Shown piece after piece: positions 39,065 to 48,405 of a stretch of 64,000 bases of DNA. The DNA is from Candidatus Latescibacterota bacterium (lineage in GTDB: Bacteria > Latescibacterota > UBA2968 > UBA8231): the NCBI GenBank assembly GCA_036011085.1, contig DASCMS010000003.1, positions 7,059 through 71,058 on the forward strand. The letters are read 5' to 3'. Positions within the stretch are counted from its first letter, which is position 1. Each line of letters opens with the position of its first letter. The translations under genes were made by a program, and so were the position numbers. The notes beneath the pieces were generated by a model. It did no database searches, was not told the DNA's origin, and saw only the letters and a program-made list of their open reading frames with translations.

Positions 39065-39318
39065 CAGTCCTGGCCCCCGTCCCAGTACCGGTGGATGACG
39101 TACGCCGTCCACAGCGCCAGTGCCAGGGTTGCGCCGAGACTGACAGCCGCCCACGTGGGCAGGCCGAAGATCAGTGCACCGCGGTAGCCCTCGGGCCAGT
39201 ACCACGGGATGGCCACAACGTACAGCAGCGCATAGACGACCCAGACGATGCCATGGCGGCGCGGCTCGTCGGCGGGAGAATCGATGTCATCAGGGGGTGC
39301 GACGGACTCTGTCGTCAT
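39064..39318 (-). CDS. Small 2-TM protein preceding the SSS gene (DUF3311/DUF997-like)
   Basis: AIPWYWP...IFGLPTW; TGATG overlap with the SSS start. Confidence 0.75.
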   Translation of the reverse strand: MTTESVAPPDDIDSPADEPRRHGIVWVVYALLYVVAIPWYWPEGYRGALIFGLPTWAAVSLGATLALALWTAYVIHRYWDGGQD

Positions 39319-39394
39319 CTTTCCCGTCGGGACGCTCCACATGTTAGGTTACCAATCACCCTCGAACACTCACCGGAACCGTCAGGACGCAGGA

Positions 39395-41275
39395 ATGACA
39401 GAACTACGTGCGGGTGGGCTCGTACTCTACAGGCGCCGTCCCGCTCGCGTCAAGGACATCCATGCCGGCACGGGCCGTATCGAGCTGGAGACCGAAGGGG
39501 GTGAAGCCCTGAAGGTCCGCCCGAAAGACGTCCTGCTCCTGCACGCCGGGCCGGTGACTCTGTCAGACCTGCGGGCGCCGGCGAGCATGGAGGACATCGA
39601 CAGCGTCCGCGAGCTGCTGAGTGCGGAAACCGAGGGCGTCGATCTGGCGACGCTGGCCGACTGGCTGTTCGGTACAGCCACGCCGGCGGCGACGTGGGCG
39701 GCCTGGGAGATCACCACCGAGGGACTGCATTTCGAGGGGACGGTGGACTGTATCCGGGCCCGCACATCGGAGCAGGTGGTGGCCGAGCAGGAGCGGCGGC
39801 AGCAGGCGGCGGACGAGGCGGCCGCCTGGGAGTCGTTCCTCACCAGGATCAGCTCCGGGACCTGCGACCCGGCCGACGCCGACCACCTCCGCGACGTGGA
39901 AGGCCTGGCCGAAGGACGACGCCAGGACTGTCGCCTGCTCAAGGCCCTGGGCCGTGCCGAAAACCCGGAGAACGCCCATGCCCTGCTGCTCAACATCGGC
40001 TGGTGGACGGTGACACGGGTCCCCTACCCCGCACGCAGCGGCATATCATCGGGTGTGCCGGCGATCCGCCTCGACACTCCCTCGCTGGAGGGCCGCACCG
40101 ACCTGACCCACCTGACGGCCTTCGCCATCGATGATGAGGGCAACCGCGACCCCGACGACGCCGTCTCCATCGACGACGACGGATGTCTCTGGGTTCATGT
40201 CGCCGACGTGGCTTGCCTGATCCCGCCAGACTCGGAGGCCGACGTCGAGGCGCGCGCCCGGGGGGCCACCCTGTACCTGCCGGATGGCCCGATCCCCATG
40301 TTGCCCCCCGAGCTGGTTCCGCGACTTGGTCTGGGACTGGCCGAGGACGGCGTGGGTCCCGCCCTCTCCTTCCGCCTGGAACTCTCCCCGGAAGAAACGG
40401 TCCTCCGTGCCGACGTCATCCCTTCCATCGTCCGGGTACAGCGCCTGACATATGAAGAGGCCGAGCCGCTGTTGCAGACCGACCAACACCTGCGTCGCAT
40501 CGACGCTCTCACCAGGCAGTCCGGTGCGCGGAGACTGGCGGCGGGCGCCATCGAACTCGACTGGCCGGAGGCTCGTATCCGTGTCGACACGAGTGGCGAT
40601 GACCCGGACATCGACATCCGCCGATTGGCCCCCCTGCGCAGCCGTCAGCTCGTGGCCGAGTCGATGATCCTGGCCGGCTCAGGCGCAGCCTGGTTCGCCC
40701 GGGAGGGAGACATCCCCTTCCCGTACTCGGTGCAGGACTCAGCCGCCGAGGACGAATCGGAAGCCGCCGCTCCCCTGCCGGCTGGGCTGCCCGGAGCCTA
40801 CGCCCTGCGGCGGCGTCAGCTGCCGGCCCGGGTCAGCGGCACGCCGGCTCCCCATCGTGGCCTGGGATTGGATGCGTACGGTCGAACCACCAGTCCCATG
40901 CGCCGCTACGTCGATCTGCTGGTTCATCAACAGCTGCGGGCGGCAGCCACCGGAGCCGCGCCGCCCCTTGATGAGACAGCGTTGATGGAGCGTGCCGCCC
41001 AGGCCGAATCAGCTGCCAGGAACGTGCGCGCCGTCGAGCGCCAGGCCAATCGTCACTGGACCCTCGTGTGGCTGTCGCAGAGATCCTGGCAAGGACGGGG
41101 TATCCTCGTCGATACGCGAGGACGTCGTGGGCTTCTGGTGTGTCCGGAGATCGCCCTCGAGACCTGGGTTAACGTTGGCGAAGGACCTGCCGCGGGTACG
41201 GAATACGATGTGAACGTGAAGAGTGTCGATCTGCCACGTCTCGATCTGCACCTGGAACTGACGGCGGTCGATTAG
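39395..41275 (+). CDS. RNB-domain exoribonuclease (RNase II/R family)
   Basis: FAIDDEGNRDPDDAVS, VHVADV, ARGATLYLP, TSPMRRYVDLLVHQQL; AGGA RBS before ATG 39395. Confidence 0.92.
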   Translation: MTELRAGGLVLYRRRPARVKDIHAGTGRIELETEGGEALKVRPKDVLLLHAGPVTLSDLRAPASMEDIDSVRELLSAETEGVDLATLADWLFGTATPAATWAAWEITTEGLHFEGTVDCIRARTSEQVVAEQERRQQAADEAAAWESFLTRISSGTCDPADADHLRDVEGLAEGRRQDCRLLKALGRAENPENAHALLLNIGWWTVTRVPYPARSGISSGVPAIRLDTPSLEGRTDLTHLTAFAIDDEGNRDPDDAVSIDDDGCLWVHVADVACLIPPDSEADVEARARGATLYLPDGPIPMLPPELVPRLGLGLAEDGVGPALSFRLELSPEETVLRADVIPSIVRVQRLTYEEAEPLLQTDQHLRRIDALTRQSGARRLAAGAIELDWPEARIRVDTSGDDPDIDIRRLAPLRSRQLVAESMILAGSGAAWFAREGDIPFPYSVQDSAAEDESEAAAPLPAGLPGAYALRRRQLPARVSGTPAPHRGLGLDAYGRTTSPMRRYVDLLVHQQLRAAATGAAPPLDETALMERAAQAESAARNVRAVERQANRHWTLVWLSQRSWQGRGILVDTRGRRGLLVCPEIALETWVNVGEGPAAGTEYDVNVKSVDLPRLDLHLELTAVD

Positions 41276-41292
41276 AGCCGCACGGCTCTTGA

Positions 41293-42120
41293 TCAGTCGG
41301 GGTTTGCGGCGAGCCATTCGTCGAGGGCGTCGGCCTGTTCCTGTTTCATCTTCCAGCGATGCTCGGGCGCGGGAAACTGGCGCTGCCGCACTTGATGCAC
41401 ATACAGAGCCACCCCAGCGGCGGCCTGCGGGCCGATCTCGGCAAAGCGCTTCACGTGTCGTGAGCCGAAGTCGTGCACGCCAAGGGCATCGGTGACGACG
41501 AGAACCTGCCCGTCGGTGTAGCGGCCGGCGGCAATACCGATGGTGGGAATTGAAAGGCGCTCGCTGATGATACGCCCCACCCGTTCCGGGATCGCTTCCA
41601 GTACGATGAACTGAGCTCCTGCGACCTCCAGTTCAGCGCACTCGCGCAGCAGACGGATGGCGTCCTCCGCCGTGCGCGCCTGGACCTTCTTCTCCGCATG
41701 GATCTGCGGATTGAGTCCCAGATGGCAGCACACGTCGATGCCCCGCTTACGGAGCAGACGCACCGTGTCGGGCTTGAAGCCTTCAAACTTCACACCGTCG
41801 GCACCGATGGCGCGAAATCGCAGGCTGTTGCCAAGGGCCTTCTCCGGCGTATCACACGATCCATAGGGTAGATCGGCGAGAAGATAGGAGCCCTTGCCGC
41901 TCAAGCCCCGTCGGACGGCCTTGAGGTGGTGGATCATGTCGTCCATCGTCACCTCGCGCTCGTCCTGGTACCCTAGCAGGTTCGTACCCAGGCTGTCGGC
42001 GCAGAAGACGATGTCCACACCGGCCGCCTCCTGCCACAGCGCCGACGGATAGTCCGAACAGGTCAACACGACCAGGGGTTCTCTCCGGGCCTTCTTGGCC
42101 TGCAGTTCCACGGCATTCAC
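41293..42120 (-). CDS. panB: 3-methyl-2-oxobutanoate hydroxymethyltransferase
   Basis: DSLG, VTMDDMIHHLKAVRRG, ADLPYGS, VKFEG, HLGLNPQ, IPTIGI, DGQVLV. Confidence 0.9.
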   Translation of the reverse strand: MNAVELQAKKARREPLVVLTCSDYPSALWQEAAGVDIVFCADSLGTNLLGYQDEREVTMDDMIHHLKAVRRGLSGKGSYLLADLPYGSCDTPEKALGNSLRFRAIGADGVKFEGFKPDTVRLLRKRGIDVCCHLGLNPQIHAEKKVQARTAEDAIRLLRECAELEVAGAQFIVLEAIPERVGRIISERLSIPTIGIAAGRYTDGQVLVVTDALGVHDFGSRHVKRFAEIGPQAAAGVALYVHQVRQRQFPAPEHRWKMKQEQADALDEWLAANPD

Positions 42121-42944
42121 CGGACAGTCTCCGCCGTCGGGGTCACCGGGACCGGCCGCAGATCCACGCGCGTCGTGGTCAGGGCGCCGTCCAGTCGCAG
42201 CTCGTGCAACAGAACCGGGTGGGGTGCCTGGCAGAATGCCGGGGCCACATGGAACCGGGTGCCGGAGTCGACATCACCCTCGAGAAACGAATCGACACCT
42301 GGGTGGTAGTGTCCGGAAAGAACGAGACGCACACGTTCATCAGTCACCAGGGCATCCCGCAACAACTCACCGTCGCAGTAGGTGTGCGGCCAACCTTCAT
42401 CGAGACGCGGCGTGATGACGTAGTGCTGCAGGTGGACCTGGAGGCGCGAATCGTCATCACCCAGAACCGAATCGAACCGGTCCCTTTCGTCGCCCTCCCG
42501 TCGCGGCACGTTCTCCGGGACATCATCCGGGTTGTCGGACTCATGCAGGCATCTGTCCCAGTCGTGGAACGCGACCACGCGGAATCCACTCACGTCCAGC
42601 TCTCGTGGTCTGTCGCCGAAGACATGCTCGAACAGTTCGTCGTGATCGTGGTTTCCGGGAAGGACGAACCATGGGCACGCCAGCGCCGACAGCGCCTCGG
42701 CGATCAACTCGAGATCGGCTACCCCCTGTCGCAGGCTCTGCTCACTGTCGGCAGCGTCGAGCGGATGATCCACCAGATCCCCGGTGACAGCGACGACGTC
42801 GACATGGGCCGCCTGCAGTGCCGTCAGCGCCTCGTCGAGCAGGTCGGGTATGTCACGACTACGGCGGTCGGGCACAGCGGATGTACCGGGCAGGTGATGG
42901 CGCAGATGCAGATCGGAAAGCTGGCCGATGGTAAGAGTGTCCAT
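42117..42944 (-). CDS. Calcineurin-like metallophosphoesterase (CpdA/Icc-like)
   Basis: SDLH, TGDLVD, PGNHD, QHY, SGHYH; start 42944 or 42956. Confidence 0.9.
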   Translation of the reverse strand: MDTLTIGQLSDLHLRHHLPGTSAVPDRRSRDIPDLLDEALTALQAAHVDVVAVTGDLVDHPLDAADSEQSLRQGVADLELIAEALSALACPWFVLPGNHDHDELFEHVFGDRPRELDVSGFRVVAFHDWDRCLHESDNPDDVPENVPRREGDERDRFDSVLGDDDSRLQVHLQHYVITPRLDEGWPHTYCDGELLRDALVTDERVRLVLSGHYHPGVDSFLEGDVDSGTRFHVAPAFCQAPHPVLLHELRLDGALTTTRVDLRPVPVTPTAETVR

Positions 42945-42985
42945 ACTGCGGAACATACGTAACCGACCGACCGTACGCGCCCTCC

Positions 42986-44080
42986 TCACGGACGGGGCCA
43001 CAGGCTGGCCCGGCCGCAGTCGAGACGCGGCGCCACACGGTCTCCGGGGCGCCATTGCCGCGTCTTGTCCACCAGCAGGTGCAGCTGCAGGCCCGCCCAG
43101 TCCACGACGAGGATGCTGGCCGGCCCCGTGTCTTCCACCAGGCGCACCCGCCCCTCGTGTCCGCCACCGGTGACGTCCACGGCTTCGGGCCGGATACCAA
43201 ACCAGAGACGGTCGCCATCGGGCGCTGAGGATGGTACATCCACCCTCACGACCTGCGCCTCACTCGCGCGCGCGACGTCCATGCCCCCGGCATCGTCCAT
43301 GTCCCCGGCTTCATCCACCAGCCAGCTGTCATCGACCCGTTTCAGGGGAATCATGTTGATCGCGGGTTGCCCGAGTTGCCGTGCCACCTCGGGGGTGAGT
43401 GGGTCGGCGTAGATCTCCTGCGCCGAGGCCATCTGCAACACCCGGCCTGCCGACAGAACCGCGACACGATCTCCCATGGACAGGGCTTCCGACTGATCGT
43501 GAGTTACGTACAGCATGGGGATGCCGAGCTCCCGCCGCAGCACGACCAGTTCCACGCGCAACTGCTCCCGCAGCTTGGCGTCGAGATTCGTCAGGGGTTC
43601 GTCCATGAGAAACAGTCGGGGTCGCCGGACGATGGCGCGTCCGATCGCAACGCGCTGCATCTCGCCGCCGGAGAGGCGTTCGGCGGGCCGATCCAGCAGC
43701 CCTTCGATCCGCAGCAGCCGCGCCGCCCATTCCACACGTCCTGCCACGTCGACCTGCTGGCGACCCGGCGCCTGCAGCGGGAAGGCCAGGTTCCGTCGCA
43801 CCGTCCACCCCGGGTACAGCGAGAAGTTCTGGAACACGAAAGCCACGTCGCGACGCGCTGGCGACCAGGCCGTCACGTCTTCTCCGTGCAGCCGGATGCG
43901 TCCTGCTCGCGGCGTCTCCAGGCCGGCCACAGTTCGCAGCAAGGTCGTCTTGCCGGCTCCGGAGGGCCCCAGAACGACGACGAGCTCGTCTTCATGAACG
44001 TCGAAGGACACATCCTGGAGAGACAGGGTGGATCCGTACTGATGGCAGAGGCCGGTCAGGCGCAACGCCGGAGGGGTCAT
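42986..44080 (-). CDS. Sugar ABC transporter ATP-binding subunit
   Basis: GPSGAGKT, LSGGEMQR, MDEPL, VTHDQ, TOBE-like tail. Confidence 0.95.
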   Translation of the reverse strand: MTPPALRLTGLCHQYGSTLSLQDVSFDVHEDELVVVLGPSGAGKTTLLRTVAGLETPRAGRIRLHGEDVTAWSPARRDVAFVFQNFSLYPGWTVRRNLAFPLQAPGRQQVDVAGRVEWAARLLRIEGLLDRPAERLSGGEMQRVAIGRAIVRRPRLFLMDEPLTNLDAKLREQLRVELVVLRRELGIPMLYVTHDQSEALSMGDRVAVLSAGRVLQMASAQEIYADPLTPEVARQLGQPAINMIPLKRVDDSWLVDEAGDMDDAGGMDVARASEAQVVRVDVPSSAPDGDRLWFGIRPEAVDVTGGGHEGRVRLVEDTGPASILVVDWAGLQLHLLVDKTRQWRPGDRVAPRLDCGRASLWPRP

Positions 44081-45138
44081 CGGAGTCGTTCTCCCGATTC
44101 GGTGTCGAACAGCCGCACCTGATCCGGAGCCAGAGCCAGACGCAACTTGGTACCGGCAGCATATGTCTCCGTCGTCGGCCGCCGCATGATGAAGCGGCCT
44201 GCCGGTGTGTCGAGGTGGACCATGCGGTGGGCCCCCAGCAGCTCGTCGAGTACGACCGTTCCAGTCAGGGGGCCACCGCTGTCCGGCAGCACCGACTCGG
44301 GTCGTGCCCCAAGAGTCAGGGCCCGGGTGCGGGATGTGCCCGAGGGCAGTGGCAGGAAGACGCCTCCCGGGGCCCTCAGGACATCCCCGTCCATGGACTC
44401 ACCGGCAACAAAATTCATCCCCGGTGAGCCAACGAAATCGGCGACGAAAAGATCCTCGGGGTCACCGTACACCTGCGCCGGCGCCCCGGCCTGCCGGATC
44501 CGACCCCCTTGCATGACGACGATGCGATCGGCCAGACTCATCGCCTCTTCCTGGTCGTGGGTGACGTAGATCGTCGTGATGCCGAGCTCGATCTGTTTCG
44601 TGCGGATCAGCTCCCGCATCTCCAGCCGGAGCTCCCCATCGAGGGTCCCCAGAGGCTCGTCCATCAACCACAGCCGCGGCGAACGGACCAGCGCCCTGGC
44701 CAGAGCCACCCGTTGATGATCGCCGCCGCTGAGCTGTGATGGTCGCCGTCGCACCAGATCCTGTAACCCGAGACTCTCCACCATCTCCTGTACACGTCGA
44801 CGGACCTGCTCGGGGGTGTTGCCCGTGCTCTGGAGGGGGAAGGCAATGTTGTCGAAGACGGAGAGATGTGGGTACAGGGCATAGAACTGAAAGACGAAGC
44901 CGACGTCTCTCGACTGTGGCGGCGACTGCGAGATGTCCTCCGATGACAGTCGTATCGAGCCCGATGTGGGCACCTCGAGACCGGCCACCATCCTCAGGGT
45001 CGTCGTCTTGCCGCACCCGGAAGGGCCAAGCAGGACGATGAACTCGCCATCGTCGCAGGCCAGATCGATACCGCCTACCGCCTCGGTGCCATCGGAGAAC
45101 ACTTTGCGCAGGGCGGACAGCTGCAGAAAGGGGCTCAT
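44077..45138 (-). CDS. Sugar ABC transporter ATP-binding subunit
   Basis: GPSGCGKT, LSGGDHQR, MDEPL, VTHDQ, FVGSPGMN; ATGA overlap start at 45138. Confidence 0.95.
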   Translation of the reverse strand: MSPFLQLSALRKVFSDGTEAVGGIDLACDDGEFIVLLGPSGCGKTTTLRMVAGLEVPTSGSIRLSSEDISQSPPQSRDVGFVFQFYALYPHLSVFDNIAFPLQSTGNTPEQVRRRVQEMVESLGLQDLVRRRPSQLSGGDHQRVALARALVRSPRLWLMDEPLGTLDGELRLEMRELIRTKQIELGITTIYVTHDQEEAMSLADRIVVMQGGRIRQAGAPAQVYGDPEDLFVADFVGSPGMNFVAGESMDGDVLRAPGGVFLPLPSGTSRTRALTLGARPESVLPDSGGPLTGTVVLDELLGAHRMVHLDTPAGRFIMRRPTTETYAAGTKLRLALAPDQVRLFDTESGERLR

Positions 45139-45314
45139 GCCTCGGTCGTCCCCGAATCGACGTCGACCAGATGGCTCGTGACGATGTGCAGAAGGGTGAA
45201 GGCAATGGTGACGAAGAAGCCGTAGCGAAAGCCATCCGCCCACCAGGGCTGCAGCAGCAGGGCGACACCGGTGGCGAGACCGAAACGGGCGACGCGATCG
45301 AGACCGTCGATCAC
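45135..45314 (-). CDS. 59-aa two-TM small membrane protein inside the ABC operon (absent from ORF track)
   Basis: MIDGLDRVARFGLATGVALLLQPWWADGFRYGFFVTIAFTLLHIVTSHLVDVDSGTTEA; GTGA and ATGA overlaps with both neighbours. Confidence 0.85.
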   Translation of the reverse strand: MIDGLDRVARFGLATGVALLLQPWWADGFRYGFFVTIAFTLLHIVTSHLVDVDSGTTEA

Positions 45315-46177
45315 TGCTTGATCGTTCCGAAGGTCACACCCCGCAGCAGGTGCTTCCTGACGAGGACCGTGAAGAGGACGATGGGAGAGACGAAGAGCAG
45401 CACACCGGCCCCGACCTGGGACCAGGGCATGCCCTGCACATTGCCCTGCAGTCCGGCGAAATACACGGGTACCGTCACGGCGCCACGGTTGTTCAGCGTC
45501 ATGGCGAAGCCATACTCGTTCCAGGCCGAGATCAGGCAGAACACGGCGGTCACCGCCATGCCCGGCAGCGCCCGGGGCAGCACGACGCGAACAAAGGCCT
45601 GCCAGCGCGTGTAGCCGTCGACAAGGGCCGCCTCCTCATAAGCTGCGGGAATGTCGTCGATGAACCCCTTCATCAACCACACAGCCAGCGACAGGTTGAA
45701 GGCGGTGTAGAGAATGATCAACCCCAGGTGTGTGTTGGGCAGACCGAGGCTGCGGTACATCATCAGAATCGGAATGACGACGGCCAGCGGCGGCAGGAAG
45801 CGTGTCGACAGGATGAAGAACAGCCAGTCCCGTGCTCCCGGAATCCGAAAGCGGCTGAAACCGTAGGCGCACGACGTTCCCAGCAGGACGGCGGCCACAG
45901 TGCTGCACGAACCGATAACGAGGGTGTTCATCAGATAGTGGTAGTACGGGTGTGCCGCCCCGGCGTATACGTCTCCCAGCGCCCGAAAGCCCTCCAGTGT
46001 TGCTTCGAAACGGATACTCCCGGGTCCGATGCCGGTGCCATCTGCAACGGGCACGAACCTAGCCGTCGTGGCGATGCTGTCGACGCGCGACTTGATGGCC
46101 GTCATCGCCAGCCAGAGCAGGGGCAGTGTGGCCAGGGATCCGTAGAGTGTGAGAACACTCCACCGCAACACCGCCAT
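45311..46177 (-). CDS. Carbohydrate ABC permease (MalG-like)
   Basis: EAA loop YEEAALVDG, AWNEY, 6 TM. Confidence 0.95.
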   Translation of the reverse strand: MAVLRWSVLTLYGSLATLPLLWLAMTAIKSRVDSIATTARFVPVADGTGIGPGSIRFEATLEGFRALGDVYAGAAHPYYHYLMNTLVIGSCSTVAAVLLGTSCAYGFSRFRIPGARDWLFFILSTRFLPPLAVVIPILMMYRSLGLPNTHLGLIILYTAFNLSLAVWLMKGFIDDIPAAYEEAALVDGYTRWQAFVRVVLPRALPGMAVTAVFCLISAWNEYGFAMTLNNRGAVTVPVYFAGLQGNVQGMPWSQVGAGVLLFVSPIVLFTVLVRKHLLRGVTFGTIKQ

Positions 46178-47064
46178 TACCGGCCTCCCGCCTGCCGTTG
46201 CAGCCGGTTGAGATATCGCAGAAAGACGCTCGCCAGGGCGATGACGACGACGAGGACGACGTACGAATAGGCCGACGCCATACCGACCTTGCCATCGCGG
46301 AACATCACTTGGTACAGCAGTGCACTCAGGGTCTGCGTGGCGCCGTCATTCGGACCGGTGACAGCCATGACCAGATCGAACTGCTTCAGCGCATCCGTGG
46401 CCCGCAGCAGTACGGCCAGGCCCACGAGGGGGGCCGACATGGGCAGGGTGATGCGGCAGAACACCCGCCAGCGACTGGCCCGGTCGATGGCGGCCGCCTC
46501 GTAGATGTAGGAGGGGATCGCATTCAGACTCGCCAGGCAGATGAGCAGCATGAAGGGCGTCCACATCCACACGTCGACGATGAGCAGAGACAGCAGCTTG
46601 AGGTCTGGATCCGTCGTCCACTGGGGCTGCCCGAGGCCGAGGAAGGACAGCAGATGGTTGAAGACACCGTAGCTGCCATCCAGGATCAGCTTCCAGTACA
46701 CCCCCATCACGGCGGGAGGCATCATCATCGGCACCAGCAGCAGCGTCAGCAGCACCGCCTTGCCACGGAACCGATCGCGCAGACACAGAGCCAGCCCGTA
46801 GCCGAAGACGAGTTGGGCCGACACGGCGCCGACGACGAAGAGCGCCGTCGTACGCAGCGCCTCGGCATAACGAGGGTCGAAGAAGAGAAAGCTGTAGTTG
46901 AGGACGCCCACGGAGACCGCCGAGCCGCTGTCGATGAGGTCGGCGTTGGTGAAGCTCAGCCAGATGCTGTAGAGCAGAGGGAAGATGTTGACACACAACA
47001 GCAACAGCAGTGCCGGTGTGACGAAGCCGACCTTCAGCCAGCGATCACCATCTGCCTCCCCCAT
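46177..47064 (-). CDS. Carbohydrate ABC permease (MalF-like)
   Basis: VDVWMWTPF, IYEAAAIDRAS, ITLP. Confidence 0.95.
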   Translation of the reverse strand: MGEADGDRWLKVGFVTPALLLLLCVNIFPLLYSIWLSFTNADLIDSGSAVSVGVLNYSFLFFDPRYAEALRTTALFVVGAVSAQLVFGYGLALCLRDRFRGKAVLLTLLLVPMMMPPAVMGVYWKLILDGSYGVFNHLLSFLGLGQPQWTTDPDLKLLSLLIVDVWMWTPFMLLICLASLNAIPSYIYEAAAIDRASRWRVFCRITLPMSAPLVGLAVLLRATDALKQFDLVMAVTGPNDGATQTLSALLYQVMFRDGKVGMASAYSYVVLVVVIALASVFLRYLNRLQRQAGGR

Positions 47065-47082
47065 GTCGCCGTGCCGCCCCGC

Positions 47083-48405
47083 CTACTGGCCCAACCCGGC
47101 TCCGCGGAAGATCATCTCGTGCTCCATAGCCAGCCGCTCCAGGGCCGCCTGCGGTGTCCTTGCCCCGTCGAGGGCTTCGCCGAGGACCCGGGCGTTGGCT
47201 GCGAGCAGCTCGTTGTAGACCGGAACGTTCCAGAAATCACGCAGATGGTCCAGCGAACTGGCGAAGGTGGCGTTGAAGGGGTACCCCGAGCGGAACTCGT
47301 CGCTACTCAGCAGTTGCCTGTTGGCCGTGAAGGAACCCGGATAGGTGATCCACTTCTGTTGTACTTCCGTCTGTTGAAACCAGGCGATGAAACGCTTCGC
47401 CAACGCCTGCTGCGATTCGGAGACCTTCGTCGAAATACTGAAGCCCTGCCCGCCGAGTGAAATCGCGCGGGTCCCTTCATGCCCGGGAACGACGAAAAAA
47501 CCGACCTGGTCGCCCATGGCCGCGACGATACCAGGGTAGAATGGGAAGTAGTTCAGCGCCATCGCCGTCGAGCCGTTGGTGAAGGCATCGAGCACGCCGA
47601 AGTAGTCGGAGTTGGTGCCCCCCGGCGGCGAGAACTTCAGCAGGTCGATCAGAAACTGCAGTCCCTCAGCTGCCTCCGGCGTGTCGAGATGCCCCTTCAC
47701 GGCGAAACTCTCTCGATCTCCCCAGCTGCCTCCGAAGGCCCAGAGGAAGGGCTGGAAACCCATCGTGATCGAGTCGTACCCCCGGCCGGACAGCAGGGCG
47801 GCACCGTAGCGTTTGCTGTCGGGACGGTTGAAGAACTCCGCCACATCGCGAAACTGCTCCCACGTGTCAGGCGTCGCCAGATCTCTTCCGTAGTTGGCGC
47901 GGAACGCCGTCTGCTCCTCGGGGTCATCGAACCAATCCTTGCGATAGACAAAACCCAGGGCGTCAGTTTCGCAGGGCGCCGCCCAGACCGTGCCGCTCCC
48001 CGTGGGGTATTCCATGAGGTAGCGTTTGGCCAGAGGGTGGATCCCGTCCAGATCGACTGCTTCGCCGATCCAGTCGGTCAGCTCGAGGTAGAGTCCCTTG
48101 GTGGCGCCACGGCCGATCCATTGACTGTCGCCGATGACGATGTCGAAGGCGGTCGTCTCGTTGCCGTATTCGAGGAACACCTGATCCTGGTACGAAGGCC
48201 AGGGGATCTGGTGCACCTGGACCTTGATCCCGGTCTCGGCGGCGAATTCCTGGCTCAGTTCCTGCAGTCCGGCCGCGGGATCCCACTGGGCCCACCAGAT
48301 CGTCAGGGACTCGTCCTGGGCGTCGGCTGCGCCGGAAATCGACAGGGTGACCGCCCCCACGGCGAGAAGCAGGGCAATGGCGGAATGTCGGGATAGGCGC
48401 TTCAT
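47083..48405 (-). CDS. Sugar ABC transporter substrate-binding protein
   Basis: Signal peptide, FAAETGIKV, YRKDWF, PDTWEQF, LGGQGF. Confidence 0.93.
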   Translation of the reverse strand: MKRLSRHSAIALLLAVGAVTLSISGAADAQDESLTIWWAQWDPAAGLQELSQEFAAETGIKVQVHQIPWPSYQDQVFLEYGNETTAFDIVIGDSQWIGRGATKGLYLELTDWIGEAVDLDGIHPLAKRYLMEYPTGSGTVWAAPCETDALGFVYRKDWFDDPEEQTAFRANYGRDLATPDTWEQFRDVAEFFNRPDSKRYGAALLSGRGYDSITMGFQPFLWAFGGSWGDRESFAVKGHLDTPEAAEGLQFLIDLLKFSPPGGTNSDYFGVLDAFTNGSTAMALNYFPFYPGIVAAMGDQVGFFVVPGHEGTRAISLGGQGFSISTKVSESQQALAKRFIAWFQQTEVQQKWITYPGSFTANRQLLSSDEFRSGYPFNATFASSLDHLRDFWNVPVYNELLAANARVLGEALDGARTPQAALERLAMEHEMIFRGAGLGQ

